A DNA stretch of 64,000 bases from Octopus bimaculoides (Eukaryota), in NCBI RefSeq assembly GCF_001194135.2, contig NC_068988.1, positions 70,080,580-70,144,579 of the forward strand, read 5' to 3'. Numbering within the stretch: the first letter of the stretch is position 1; every line of letters begins with the position of its first letter. A program made the translations under genes and the position numbers. Below are positions 38,733-52,329 of the stretch, one piece after another. A model generated the notes under the pieces. That model worked only from the letters and a program-made list of their open reading frames with translations, did no database searches and had not been told where the DNA came from.

Positions 38733-39334
38733 TTATTACCTCCGCCTTAGCGAAGGCGAGGGTATTGTTTTCAGCGTATCAGGACAATTACCCCACTAGG
38801 ACAATTAACCCACTAGGACAATTACCCCCATATGACAATTCCCCCCGACGACAACTACCCCCAGGACAATTAGCCACTTGGTTAATTACCCCCTCTCCAA
38901 TATATAAAGAAGTTTTAAATCATCATTTGTTGTCCTCCGGAGTAATTGTGCTTGGGGTGGGGGTTATTGTCTATGAGGGGGTAAATGTCCTAGACTCGTT
39001 TTCAGTCGTTTTTGTTTGCCCGTGGACAAGATATTTCAAGATCCGTTGGATGGATTGGGTTGAAACTTTTAGGGATGTTTGACCTCGTAATTGGCACGAA
39101 CTGATTAGATTTTGGGATCGATCCGGTACCGGACAAGGATTCTCAATTATTTTTCGTTTTTTTTTTTTTTACTTAATTTTTGAGAGCGATCGGGTTCATT
39201 TCTAGTATTCTTGTTTGTGAGAGCAGTGGAGCTTATTTCAGATATTCTCATTTTAAAAATCATTACCGGTTAATCGTTGAGAGGACGTTGGTGTTGCTTT
39301 GGCGGAGGTTTGCGCTCTTTGAGTGCTCTTGTTT
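38733..39334 (+). mobile_element. Helentron-associated HINE/DINE-1-like non-autonomous element
   Basis: Subterminal inverted repeats acctccgcc (38738) and ggcggaggt (39301), 3' hairpin gcgctctttgagtgc, T-rich ends. Confidence 0.65.
38775..38997. mobile_element. MITE nested in the HINE
   Basis: Subterminal IR aggacaattacccc (38781-38794) and ggggtaaatgtcct (38978-38991); 8-bp TSD GTTTTCAG at 38767-38774 and 38998-39005; internal ggacaattacccc repeats. Confidence 0.8.
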
Positions 39335-42011
39335 AAAATATAATAACAACGTGATCATTTTAAAGTAGTTGGATATAATTTGAAAGAAATGCTGCCGCTA
39401 TTTGCAACAGCTCGAGTCACCACATAGTGGCTTCTGTGTTGTATTGTTGCAAGGAAATGCCTTTCTCTATTGTTCATGGTGTACATTATATTAATCGTCA
39501 AAACTAACTAATCTAATTGTCTTGGATGTTTTAACGCTCTTTCTATTGAATTTGACATTGAAGTACTTTAGTAAATTTTGTTTCCCATTTCTCTTCAATA
39601 ATTCATGTGCATTGTGTCAGATTAATGATCTTTCTTTCTTTCTTATTTTCCTGGTCTTCCTGAAGTAAATACTATATAAAAAAAATACTTTCATGATTCT
39701 TATTTCTCTCGATTTCCCTAAATATAAAGATACGGAAATCTAACCTTATATTTGTAAGTCTTCTATGATTCTACTTAATCACACTCTTCGCTAAACGCAG
39801 TCCATCCTTCATTTTGCCTTCTAACTTGTCTTTCTTTAAATTGTTTCTTGTATTTCTGCATCTAGACAGTCTATTAATGTCCTAAATTTCCGCTAGCATT
39901 TCTCTTATTTAAAGTTATATAATCCTCATTGAAATAAATTAATACTTATGTACTACTCTCTGGTCTTATGATACTACATACTTGACTAGCTATATAGTAT
40001 CTACTAGGTAACTAGACTAGTTACGTAACTACAAACGTCTAGTAATGCAGTAAAGACAGTATTTTGGTGTAGTTCTTATGAAATATTATTGTGTTACTAT
40101 GTAGAACTATAAATTATTCAACAGTATACTACAGTATAAATGTGAAAAAATGTACTATTATAACAATTGTACTATTATAGCAAATTGCCCATGTACTGAA
40201 TCGCTAAAGTATTTTTTAATCTTTTCTTTTGGTAAAATATAGATTATTTATATTTTATTCACATAATATTTTGATATTTGGTTGCTTAAAACGATTTTCG
40301 TTTCACCTTATGATTTCAATATATTCCATCGTAAAAATACAAAGAAACGGCCGAGTTTATGTTACGACGGACCAACTGAAGTTAAAGAAATATCCTTATT
40401 ATAATTTGCTGACATTTAATTGCGAAATATTGTGAACAGATTAAAACACACGGTTTTCAGTAAAGCAGCAATTCCAACAATCTGGTATTTATAATGCGTG
40501 CATTGATTCGTGTAAATGTTATACTTTTATGAGAATATTTTCACAGAATTATGACACTGTATATGAATATTAGGATTAACTGTTTATCAGATTTTAACTA
40601 TCTTACTTTGCTGATATTAGCATAAAAAGTACATGAAATTCATTAGTAATCTGGAAGTATAACGTATTTGTGTATCATAGTATGGTGTCTAATTCATGTG
40701 TGAGCTGCTTTGATATATTTTTATTTAATAAAATGAGAACTTATCGCTATCAGAGAGACAGAAAGGGAAAGACTAGACAGATATTAATATAATTTAGAAG
40801 ACTGCATTAGCAACGCTTTGCATAAAGTTTATGCTTCATGTCATAGATTGAAATTAAATATTCTAAATCTGTCTATCAGTTCTCGTTTTGTGAAAAATCT
40901 ATTCAAGATTTGTATTCAGTCATTTGGTTACATAGCTAATGGCCTAGATGGACATATGTACAAAAGAGAATTTTTTGTACATAATCAGAAAGTTTCTAAT
41001 TAGTTCTCTATTGAGATTATTTCCCATCTGTATCATTAAAGAGATATTGATGGTTACACAAGCCCCAAACATTTATAGCATTGCACATTGTCTTAGTTTG
41101 TCCGAGAGTATAAAACTAGCATATATGTGACTACGCATAGGGAAAAGTGATAAAAACTACTGCACTCACTAGAATGAAGAGACAATAAATTTAACTGATT
41201 TTCTCCTGAAACAAACCTTTGTCGGGCACTGAAACATGCAATATGACATGTTAACATTAATGGTGGCTAGAAACTGTCATTTCATACGCAAGAGGTCACA
41301 GTAGAGTATAATGGGGAAAAATAGATGGAATGGAGATTCAAAAAGCTGTTTTTAAATATTGCTTTCTGAATATAGTTTATTGTAAACGTTTCGGATAATA
41401 ATACAAATTAGGATTGCTCCTACTTAGTATACTGCTTTCTATGCAGAAGCCATCCCTGGGTAAATTTAATCCACTTATTCTTTAAGTTGCCACATTCTGT
41501 TCATTCAAATTTTTCAGCAGATAGCTGATTCTGATAATGGGATGTACTCATGGCTAGACCTTACAATACCGAAACAAGCTTGAAGTTAGCTCTTAACTTC
41601 TCAAACTTTACATTCACTTCTCCACAACATAATCGCATTCTATTTTTAAATAGTTTAATTCCAAAATTGTCCCAGCTATCTTTTTAGATTAGAAATTATC
41701 ATTACGTTATGAAATCTCTTCTCTACGTCGGCAAGTTCAATTCATTCATCTGTTTGTTTTTCATACCAAAGTCGGCCCTAAGTATTTCCTTATCCACAGA
41801 CGTTGATAATACGCTACTAAATTATCGACGTTACTCTTCTAGTAGATGTGTAGATATCTTCCAGCAGGCGTCTAAGTGTCTTTCAAGAGATAAAGTTTTG
41901 ATGTCAACGGGCTTCTTAATAATGGAAAGATTGTGCTTCCTGCATAAATGTTGTTATATCTCAGGCACTCCTTTGAATATACTAAATAAGCTCTCAAGCG
42001 TTGCCAAGTTT

Positions 42012-42330
42012 TTCCAATCAGGTAGTTGAACATTCTGTTGTGACTAAGAGTCCCTTCTTTGAGCAAAGAACACCGAGAAAAATGTATCGAAATGAGTGAG
42101 TAATGTGTTCAATTCTCCTTATCGTATGACCCTCCCCTCCACCAATATCTGAGTGGTCACTCACCCTACTAAAAATCGCTGCTACATATACCTCACCATA
42201 CTTCAGCGCCCTTAAAAATGTTAAGATCACATTGGATTACATATTCTGACAAGCACAGTGCCAGACAAAGATGTGATAGATTTTCATTACCGTCCGGCAT
42301 GAGTATACACAAACAAAGCTGAAATAGGGC
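42012..42330 (-). mobile_element. Second copy of the repeat at 38110-38420
   Basis: Direct sequence similarity as above. Confidence 0.65.
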
Positions 42331-42855
42331 TAAAGTATAGCTAATTTGGTAAGTGAATTCCGACATTGTATAGAGAATGTTAAGTTTGGGAGCGAACTAA
42401 GACCTGAGTTTTGTAATGACCACAGTTCATTAATTGAAATCAGTGAAAAAGCGAAACAATAAAGAACAGAAGAATAAATACCAGAAAAGCTGTATCCATA
42501 TTATTAAAGAAAAAAACAGGCTTCAGTACTGTAAATTTCAGAAAGAAACCCAGTATTGCTGATTATAAAAGAGTGCATGGCCGACACAATTTCCATTACT
42601 CTCAACATGCATAAGACATTTTGTTACATACACTGGACGTAGTTGTGAAACTTTCAATTATATATATTCCATACTGTAACGTTGAAGTAGTTACTATAAG
42701 TTATTCGTTAGTACTAGGAAAAGTTTCTGAAACTATTATATATAATGGTTTTCTAGATCATTTCAATACAAAAGTGGTTGTTTCTAAAGCTTTTATTATG
42801 AATTTGTTTATGTAAACTAATATTTGATACAGGATATCTACTTAGCGTGCATTTA

Positions 42856-44166
42856 CATCCAGAACTAAGTTAAAAGCATACGAGTGAAATTTAGGATTTC
42901 TCGGTTTTCAGTGAATCGATTTTGATAAAACGTTTTCCAGCTGGTTTTCACACTATGGCAACACCATTGTTATGCTTTCATTATTCTGTGTAACGTCCTT
43001 TCATTTTTTTATTTCAAATTCTTCAATTTTTGGATGAACCATTCTAATAGCATCTCTCCTCCCTAAGAACAATGGGACGTGGAAATGGCCTTAACGATAA
43101 AGAAAAGTCTGTCATCATCAAGGAAAGTGCTAACGGCACCTCTCTTCATCTCATTGCGGAGAAGTTAGGGGACTTCCAAGACTGTGACAGCTAAGGATTT
43201 AAGGAATATTGGCCACAAATTATTTTAGAAACCTGGATAAACAAGCAAAGCCATTTTCACCGCCTCCGAACTTCCTCATTTACCAAAAACCACCAGAAAT
43301 CGCATCATCGGGACCATGACTTCCATGCGAGAACCTTTGAAATTGCCTCCTTTAACGCCCCGTCACAGGAGTTTGAAGCTTCAATGGGGCCAAAAGTGCA
43401 TAACGTTAGACATGTGTTGTGTTTTGTTCAGTGACGAAGCCAAGGTGATCCTTGACGGATCTGACGGTTGAGCAACTGGTTGGGTCTATTATGGAGACCC
43501 AACTTACGACTTCAGCAACAGGGTAGAGGAGTCATATTGTTAAAGTAACCGCTGCCACCTACTGCAATTTCCTGAAGTAGATCTTGGATCCCTGGCTAGA
43601 TGACATACCGCTGTCACTTCTAAGGAATCTCGTATATTCGCATGTATAGCAACGCTCCCGCCCTCTCTGCTTGGAACACCCAAACATTAATAGGGCCTTA
43701 CGGCATACAAGGTGAAAGGTTGATGGTGTGGCTGCCTGCATCTCCGGATCTCAACCCTGTCGAAACTCTTTGGTACATCATTAAACAAGATATTTATGCC
43801 GATGGAGGCTAATTTACGTCGAGAGGTATCTTATGGGCGACCATCAAAGCTGTAGCAGAGGCAGTCCAACCTGCTACTATTAAGAAGTTGACAGTCTACT
43901 ATTAAGAAATTGAAGAAACCCTTCATTTTCTAAAAGAAAATATTGGCTAGATGGGTTATTTTCATTCAAAAGCTATTAGCATGATTCACCTAAAAACTGA
44001 AAAATCTGAAATAAAAAAGAAAAAAAAACGTTACACAGAATAATAAAAACATACCAATGGTGTTGCCATAGTGTGCAAACCAGCTAAGAAGTTTTATCAA
44101 AATCGATTTACAGAAAACCGAGAAATCCTAAATTTCATTCCGATGCTATTAGCGTGGTTCTGAGTG
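42856..44166 (+). mobile_element. Full-length Tc1-like DNA transposon with a decayed transposase
   Basis: TA at 42854-55 and 44167-68; about 195-bp TIRs (42856-43051 and 43974-44166, e.g. gaaatttaggatttctcggtttt / aaaaccgagaaatcctaaatttc). Translation fragments MGRGNGLNDKEK, FSDEAKVILDGSDG, NAPALSA, and (with a frameshift) VAAC/SPDLNPVETLW. Confidence 0.93.
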
Positions 44167-44734
44167 TAAAAGATCTCTTTTATGACTAATATTTTATAGT
44201 TGATCTCCGGAATAGAGACGCTTCGTACAAAGAAAGTAATTATTAAATAATTATTAAATACTTGCTTTCTAAACGTTGTACTTTTACCTCACCCAGTAAT
44301 GCATATAATTACATTGTCTTCAAAACCGTTTCAAGGAAGTTAAAAAGTGGTGATCAAAGCTGCTGGCTCATAACACGCATACAAGTGAACTCCTCTTAAA
44401 CCACCTAATGTCCTAATGAGTGTGGTGTGGAGTTTAACAGGGTTATAGAAGAAGTCCCTCCTACAGGAGCTCGACACTTAGAGTCAAAAGAAATACCGCA
44501 ATACATCACGCCCGACAAATTAAGATATCTGTCAGCTTAACGGAATCATAGGCAAATAAAATCGAGTTCTTGGGTCTCATAAGCATTTGAATTCAAAGTG
44601 CAAAGCGTCAAAAGAAATACTGCAAGGTATTTTGTGTTATACTCCAAAGTATCTGCCAGTTTACCATCTACAATAAGGACCGTAATCGATAACCATTGTG
44701 ATAAGAATTCATCAGGGTTGAATTATGTTGTTTG

Positions 44735-45260
44735 TTAGGTGCTACTGGAAGCGTATAAGAGTCTTCACATACTAGCTTTAAAGGAACTAAATAGTCAACT
44801 GGAGATGGTAAGTCTAGTCGAGCTAACTGTTATCCATGAAGATAATATGAACACAGCACAGAAACGAAAGATCGACCGTTATGAACAATGTTTTCAGGAA
44901 TGTGAAAACGCAGACAGAAAAGCAAAACATTATCCAGGCGAACATGAATGCAAAGGATTTATTTGAAACAGTATGAGGCGATGGTTGTCGCTAGGCCCAA
45001 ATCAATGTAAAGCTATCATGAGAGATATTCAGGCTACAGTGAAGACAAGCCACTGGATTTGAATAAAAAAAGACAATGAATAATAGGAAGAAGAATATTA
45101 AGTGAAACATGGTAGCCAGTTGATCTAGCGAGTGGAGCTTCATTTCAGTGTGTGGAGGGTGGGACAAATACAATAATGCCATCGAGTGGATGGCCCCAAA
45201 TCGTTGCGCATTTTGATCTGATGTCTCCTAGAAACTTACTAGTGTCTCGTAGCAGTACTT
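44735..45260 (+). mobile_element. Hero-type (R2-superfamily, RLE) LINE 3' fragment
   Basis: VSLVELTVIHEDNMNTAQKRKIDRYEQCFQECE..ADRKAKHYPGEHECKGF...TSHWI*IKK. Confidence 0.8.
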
Positions 45261-46346
45261 TCAACTGGTAGCTGTTGCATCTGTATGTTGTTTGCAATTA
45301 ATTTTTCTATAACTTTAGACAATTCCTTCTTGTTTTCTTCTGGTAGTTGGTTTTATTTTTTATTTTAGTAGTTTGTTTCCTCTAATAGAGAAGATTAAAA
45401 TGGTCCTGTTAATGCAGAATGTTTTAAGATTGAAATAAAGTAATTTTTATGTGATACAAATTTGAAATAAAAACCATTTTTCAATAGCTTTTTCAGTAAC
45501 TTTGACACTTTTTTTCAAAAATCAAGTACAATTATGATTTAAAATATAATAATTAACATGTATTCTTCAAACTCAGAATGAACTTACAAACTCTAATTAA
45601 GATCTAATCAGAATGAAATTGAAAACAGAATGCTAACAACAACTGTTACTATTATTATTATTATTATTGTTGTTGTTGTTGCTGTTGTTGTTGTTGTTGT
45701 CGTTGTTGTAGTTATTATTATTATCATTGTTATAGAAATCAAAGATAATGAAAAAAAAAAAGAAAAAGAAAATCTGGATATGAAATTTTCATGATTAATT
45801 TCGAGAGTTAATTCTGATATTAAAACAAACTTGGAATACGAAACTCTGAAGAACCCTGCGGTTAAATATTCCAAATTTCTTAGATTCAACGACATGTTGC
45901 TGTTGTAAATATGTTTTATTTTTCCTTTTATTTTAGTCGAGACATTTTCTACAGCGATGAGTTTTCTACGAAGGCAATACGGGGATGAAACAATTACACA
46001 GGTTTCTGTAAAAGCCGTATTTAATTTATTTGTTGGGCAAATTGCAAATACATTCATTAATATCTTTAGAGTGTTATGTTGTTGGGTGGGAGTAGTGATA
46101 TAATAGCTCTCTGTAGAATTGATACGATTCAGTTGCATCTAGCGTAATTTAAAATAGTCAGTAATATGTCAAATTAGAACATTTGCCGTTTTCCCTGTTA
46201 TTGGTAACCGTAGTAGCTCTCACCGAGTAGGCTTATAACTTACGATGAAAGATTTTCCTATCACTAGCAAACCGTCTTTTTGTGTGTCTAGGACTATATT
46301 ATCCTGTGCGTCTGTGACCTTTGAAGAAGGCATGAGTGTGGTTTGA

Positions 46347-46409
<63 letters not shown>

Positions 46410-46618
46410 TTTGGGTTTTTTTTTTCTGCTTTGTTTTCGACCCCCTCGAAAAAAAAAACTCTACATTTGTATTTTGTCCCCTCTGTGTTGAGCCCTGTGT
46501 GGCTAATAAAGAAACCTATCTATCTATNNNNNNNNNNNNNNNNNNNNNNNNNNNNNNNNNNNNNNNNNNNNNNNNNNNNNNNNNNNNNNNTGTCTGTCTG
46601 TCTATCTATCTATCTATC

Positions 46619-46672
<54 letters not shown>
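46347..46672. repeat. (TCTA)n microsatellite interrupted by a LINE-like 3' end (46407-46514) and a gap
   Basis: Direct reading. Confidence 0.9.
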
Positions 46673-46673
<1 letters not shown>

Positions 46674-48109
46674 GCTGGTTGTCTACTCCTTATGCAGAGT
46701 TTGATCACCCCTTGTACCCATTCTGCGCACGGTAAGCTTACATAAACTTATAGCTTATATGAATAGTTTCAACAGGCAAAATCGTCATAAAAGAAAGTAG
46801 GCTATGGTAGGAGCTAATTTCCACCGGATTGATTCTAAAAAAAGATTGCATGTTATGATCATGGACAGAGAATTGAGATTAGCTCCACTGTAGTTTCCAG
46901 CAACATTACAATCTCAGTTATCTGGTACCCTACTCTTACCTATCTACGTATAATTATATTTATATATATGCATTATTTAATTAATCTGAATTAGTTATCA
47001 CAAGAAGTGCCAACTGAAATCTATGGGTTTATTTTGTATTATTTTAATTATAACGCTTGCTCTCACATATATAAAGAAGTAGCGATGCATTAGTGCAATT
47101 CTGTGTTTTTAAACACATTATCAGCTTGACGTGATCAACTGAAAGTTGCTGGATAAATTACGTTTTTGTTTTTAAATATGGAATAAGGGAATTAGCGCAA
47201 ACATTGTTTATTGAAAATATTAATTTGGAAAAAATGTAGACAGCGATAACTTGCACTGGAAAAATAATCAATATATGACGAAAGCAAAGATTCTCAATCA
47301 ATTAAAACTGAATTTTGATGTCAAAAATAAACAACATTTAATATTAGATTCGTTTTATTTTGCTACTGACTGTTGTTAGAATTGCCTAGTATTTTATTCC
47401 GCGATTTCTTGGGAAGGCCAATGTCATGAGAAATATAAACATGAATATATTTTTATACAGTGGCAGAAGAAATTACGAATCGAGATTTGGAATAATAAAA
47501 GACAATTGAGAATAAAATATATTTTAAATTATTGACTAACAAAACTTATTCTATCTTTCTCTTGATCGCTCTGTTTTTGTTGGTGATCATCATGTCTTCA
47601 TTCTTGACATGTTCATATATCATGCATTGCCAAAAGCAAGAACTGGAAACACTTAATAGAAAGCACGAAATTGCCAAAATTGGTTCAATCATTAATGCTA
47701 GCAAATATAAAATATTCAAAAAATTATCTAAATATTATTTAAAGATACGCTAATGATGCAGTCAAAAGAGAAAAGATGAAAATATTTCTAAAATAGAAGA
47801 CAAATTAGATGTTAGTTGAGTGTCCTCAATACAACGCGAGAACCACGTGTTCAATAATTTAATGAATTTATATAGTTTTTTTGTTTGTTTCTGAGTCGAG
47901 ATATGAATGAAATTTACTTAAATTATGGAAGACAAACATCGTATATATTAATAAATTCAGTATATAAAATATATATTTGGGAAATAATAAATTAAAAACA
48001 AAAGACCATGAAAAACGAGAAATTACAATGTGATGATCGAGATGCTAGAAATCTTGTTAGAAATTTCATCTGACTGTAACACTGGAGATATCTGAAATAG
48101 AATATCTAA

Positions 48110-49330
48110 GATAGAGGCACGATGGGATAGTAGATGACCAAAGAGAAAACTAGTCAAGGTAAAAGCCACTTTGAAGTCACTCGGTCTGCTAGAAGAAAAC
48201 ACTCAAAGCTGTAGTGGCGATTTCCAAGATCGCAAAGTGAAGAGTTAAAATGATGTACAGAGCTTCAGAGGATAAACGTGTCCGACATATAAGAGGCACT
48301 ACAAGATCAGGACGCAAGCAGCACGGTCAGCGCTGCAGATGGATAATGGAAATAACACAACTCATTTCCAACATTAGAGGAAATCAGATACCAAGCAAAA
48401 ATAGGCTATGATCCAAGTAAAAGCACAACACACGAGGGAAAGAAAAAAGTTCTACTGATTCTTCACTAAATGGGAAATCCCAAAGAAAAGTTAAAGTGGA
48501 TAGACCGACCTGTGGAAACTAGTATCTTTCCGTATCTTCTTCCTGCTGCGAGCGATGTATAACAAGCTCCTCTTACTAATAAACCTCCACAGATGGGGCA
48601 TCAGCTGTGTAGGCTTTGTAGAAAGAATAGAACTCTGCTTCGCATCTTGTTTTAATCAGATGTTGTCATGATAACAAATGTCATGACAAAGTGAGCATGA
48701 CACTCGCTCACACCCTAGAGCAAGGGAAACACAAGGAGCATCAACAATTGGGGAAAACACAATCAATCAAATTTGTGAGGGAAGAGGCAAAGGTATTGAC
48801 TACAGGAAGCAAAGAAAGTGGTTTACTGCAAAAGGTCTAGTCATGGCATATGAAAGTAAATTGGAGAAAATCTGAATTTTCTCCAGGCCGGTCAAATAAC
48901 CCTGAAGCCGGATGTAGATAAATCCTGCTTAAGCTTACAGTCTAGTGAGTGGTATGGTGGGATCAAATCTTTGAATGGAAGAGTGCCTAGTAGCAGAATT
49001 ATTTGCAAGATTGCAGGGAGCAGGGATTGCAGCCATCGCTATTGCCAGTCGAGGTTGGTTGAAAAGTATTCATATCCAGTCAGTATGGAGAATGCTTACA
49101 GCCATTGGAAAAAGAAGAGAAAGGTATCTGCGCTTAGGATGAAAGAAGCAGCACAAAGAGCCTCTTGTTATGGGCAAAGAGAGAATATTTAATGGGAAGT
49201 CGGGAAGAAAAGATGCATTGGCAAGCACTGCCTACCCACCAACTAGAGGATATTTCGGTTCAGGGTTGAAATTGATAACGATCGTTGGACGTCATCAAAA
49301 CCTCCTGGTCAAAGATACATGAATTAAAGG
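48110..49330 (+). mobile_element. Hero-type LINE, decayed 3' region
   Basis: RVKMMYRASEDKRV; QSVWRMLTAIG; RKVSALRMKEAAQRASC, matching Hero C-terminal motifs. Confidence 0.7.
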
Positions 49331-49402
49331 GGAATCATCTTTTAGAGGTAATGAACTTCAAAGATATATGCATGTATATNNNNNNNNNNTATATATACAC
49401 CC

Positions 49403-49452
<50 letters not shown>

Positions 49453-50772
49453 TGTCGACGTCATAAGCATTTTATAAACATTTGAGAGAATATTAACTAA
49501 TCCTTTCCTGCAATATTTCGAATCACACAAGACACCTATAAATAACAAACTGTAAGTATTAGGTTGAAAAACCTTTTTGTAGAGATCGAATCCACACACT
49601 TGTAGGCATAGAATTTTCGTTGGTACGAATAAAGTTCTTAAAAGGATAAAGGAATTCGAAGGATTGTTTTCGTACAAGGGTAGAACAACTGTCATTACTA
49701 GAAGAGATAAAAGTGAGTCTCACAGGTAGCCTTCGACTATTTCTACCCAAAGTGGTTTTCAACCAAATATTTACATAATATTATTTACTAGCATATTCGT
49801 GTCGTCCAAAATGCTGACACTTTTATTAATGATAGAAAATGTCGCATAAAAACAGACTTAACCTATTTCACAGATGTCTTTGATTTCCAAAAACTGAAAT
49901 AGAAAAACATGGAGCTATGCTGCAACTGCTTGCCTTCTGATTAGAGTTTAAAAATTCTCTTGTATTTATAGATATAACATAGCTCAAATTAGTATCGGTT
50001 TTGGATACGAATTGATTAGCCGAAGATGATCAAGTTATTAGGTTTAGAAATATTTGTAAATTTCCCACTACACCCGTCTTTTAATGTCATGTGACAATAT
50101 GGTTGGCGCCATAAGTTTAAGCTGTCACAGTCGAGTAGATGTGTCCAAACAATCAAGGCTGCCTCGATTTTATCTGTAGATTTTATAAGTGTGGTAGAAG
50201 ATTAGCACGGGATTAGCTTTAGAAATTTTTGTAGGCACTCCGCTATGTCTGTGCGCAAATATCATGTGACTATATTTTTTGTGCTGAAAGTTAAGGCTGA
50301 CATGGATGAGTGAACATGTCTAGTGGCAGACCCAAACAAGGCATTCTAAATTTAATCTGACAAGTAGTAGAATGGCAGGAGTTGTTTCTATGTAGCCCAG
50401 TGGTTGAATTGTTCTTGTTTGTATCTATTTATGCAGTCATCAAATTTCGTTCCCTAAATTTGTGCGTTAGTGTCATACTGGGGAAACTCATAATATGTGT
50501 CCAAGTTAGCTGTATAAATTCAACATGCCAAGCAGCAGAGTCGGTTTGTGTGTGAGTAATTGTTCGTGAATGTAGTTTGTTAAAATTTATTTAGTCTTCA
50601 TTTGCACTTGTCAATAAATATATCTTCTTTGTTTATCCGTGCTTGGTCTGTGGTATTGACTAACCAAAAGTAAAGTGGAGAGACTTGGAATTTGGGGGAC
50701 ATCTTTTGCACAGATGTCTATGTGTCCACTCAGTGGGATCTGTCTAATACTGAAATCTCGTATTTGTTGTCT

Positions 50773-51140
50773 GTGAATGCACTATTACACTCAGGTTGCA
50801 AAGTAGTGCTCGAAAACTGGTTAACAGGGTTGGCACAAGTTCATTATTTGATGGCTTTCTATTTCCCAGGAAATCAGATACAAGTGCAGTAAAAACATTC
50901 TATGCTTATTTCCAACGCGAAATATGGTTTCCAAAAATTGCTCATCCTACAATAGGTGAATGCACTATTACACTCAGGTTGCAAAGTAGTGCCCGAAAAC
51001 TGGTTAACAGGGTTTGCACAAGTTCATTATTTGATGGCTTTCTATTTCCCAGGAAATCAAATACAAGTGCAGTATAAACATTCTATGCTTATTTCCAACG
51101 CGAAATATGGTTTCCAAAAATTGCTCATCCTACAATAGGT
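50773..51140 (-). mobile_element. Two tandem 183-bp copies of a Chapaev3-like transposase fragment
   Basis: Period 183 bp (gtgaatgc at 50773 and 50956). Minus strand DEQFLETI...A*NVFTALVSDFLGNRKPSNNELVPTLLTSFRALLCNLSVIVH resembles the Chapaev3 AW..F..VV.NFLGN.K..NY..LV..LL.....GC.MS.KIH motif. Confidence 0.7.
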
Positions 51141-51771
51141 ACCTAGTCTGTAGCCTGTCAAAAAAATACATACAGAAACACATATATACATATACACAAT
51201 ATAACAAATATGTACATACAAATAAAAGTACGAACAGTAATACATACACACATGAACCTATAGATATATAAATACATATAGGCATATATTTATACACACA
51301 GACATATATATATACATCAAATTCGAGAATTTGATGGACATATAGCGGTACGTAAGCCGACTTACAAAATCTCTAGTGAGACGTTTCATTGATGTACCTG
51401 AAGAGACCCTGAACGGGTCGAACCATGTGTCGTACCCAATAAAATCTTTTACTCATTCTATCTATTTTATTAATACTGTTATATATATATATATATCTCT
51501 TTAAAATATCATCTTTAGCATCCTTGTTCCTTTTCTTTTCCTTTATAAACTAAATCATCATACGCCTGGTATTCCATATATATAATAAATTAAAATCGAT
51601 AATCAAATCATTGAATCCCAATTCAGCAGTAAATTATTATTAGTCTAATCGTCACTGCTGTTTATAATTTATCACGCATTTAATTATACATTTTAATGAT
51701 GTTACTCTTCTCACTGGAGTATGGGTGCTAACTAGGAAACTATCAAGTCAGACAGAAGGCATATATTCACA

Positions 51772-51784
51772 GAGAGAGAGAGAT

Positions 51785-51867
<83 letters not shown>
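51772..51867. repeat. (GA)n microsatellite
   Basis: Direct reading. Confidence 0.95.
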
Positions 51868-51871
<4 letters not shown>

Positions 51872-52329
51872 TATCCACGATTTTTTAATATCTCTCTTAA
51901 ACCTCGGCAAACTGATCACAAACTGTATTTCTGATAAACGGTTGTTGTTTAGTCCAAAGTAAATTATTTCCTGGCCCTCACGTTTTCCTCTAAATTGTGA
52001 ATATTTAAAATTGCTTGTTTAAATTATATATATTTCTAAAGTTCTTGAAGGCTAATAACATCTCTTGTTGTGAATCGGATTGCCTGCGCGAAAGTTCTTG
52101 GTATATAATAACAATGTATGATTAGCTATTGTTATTTGGTTTATTGGCTGTAATAACGATGTCGACTTTAGCGATAAAGATAATACAGCTTATTCATTAT
52201 TATAATCACTAAGCAAGTTAGGATAACTAGAATAATTATCAAGCATGAAAACGATTGTGAAAGCTGAACTGATATACTTCCAATAACTTTAGACTTCAAG
52301 ACAAAAACGCAACATACAAATCTTCTATC

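Noticed and set aside
45608-46138. 176-aa minus-strand ORF
   Set aside because: The last third is trinucleotide repeat, and the rest has no recognisable motif or clear splice boundaries.
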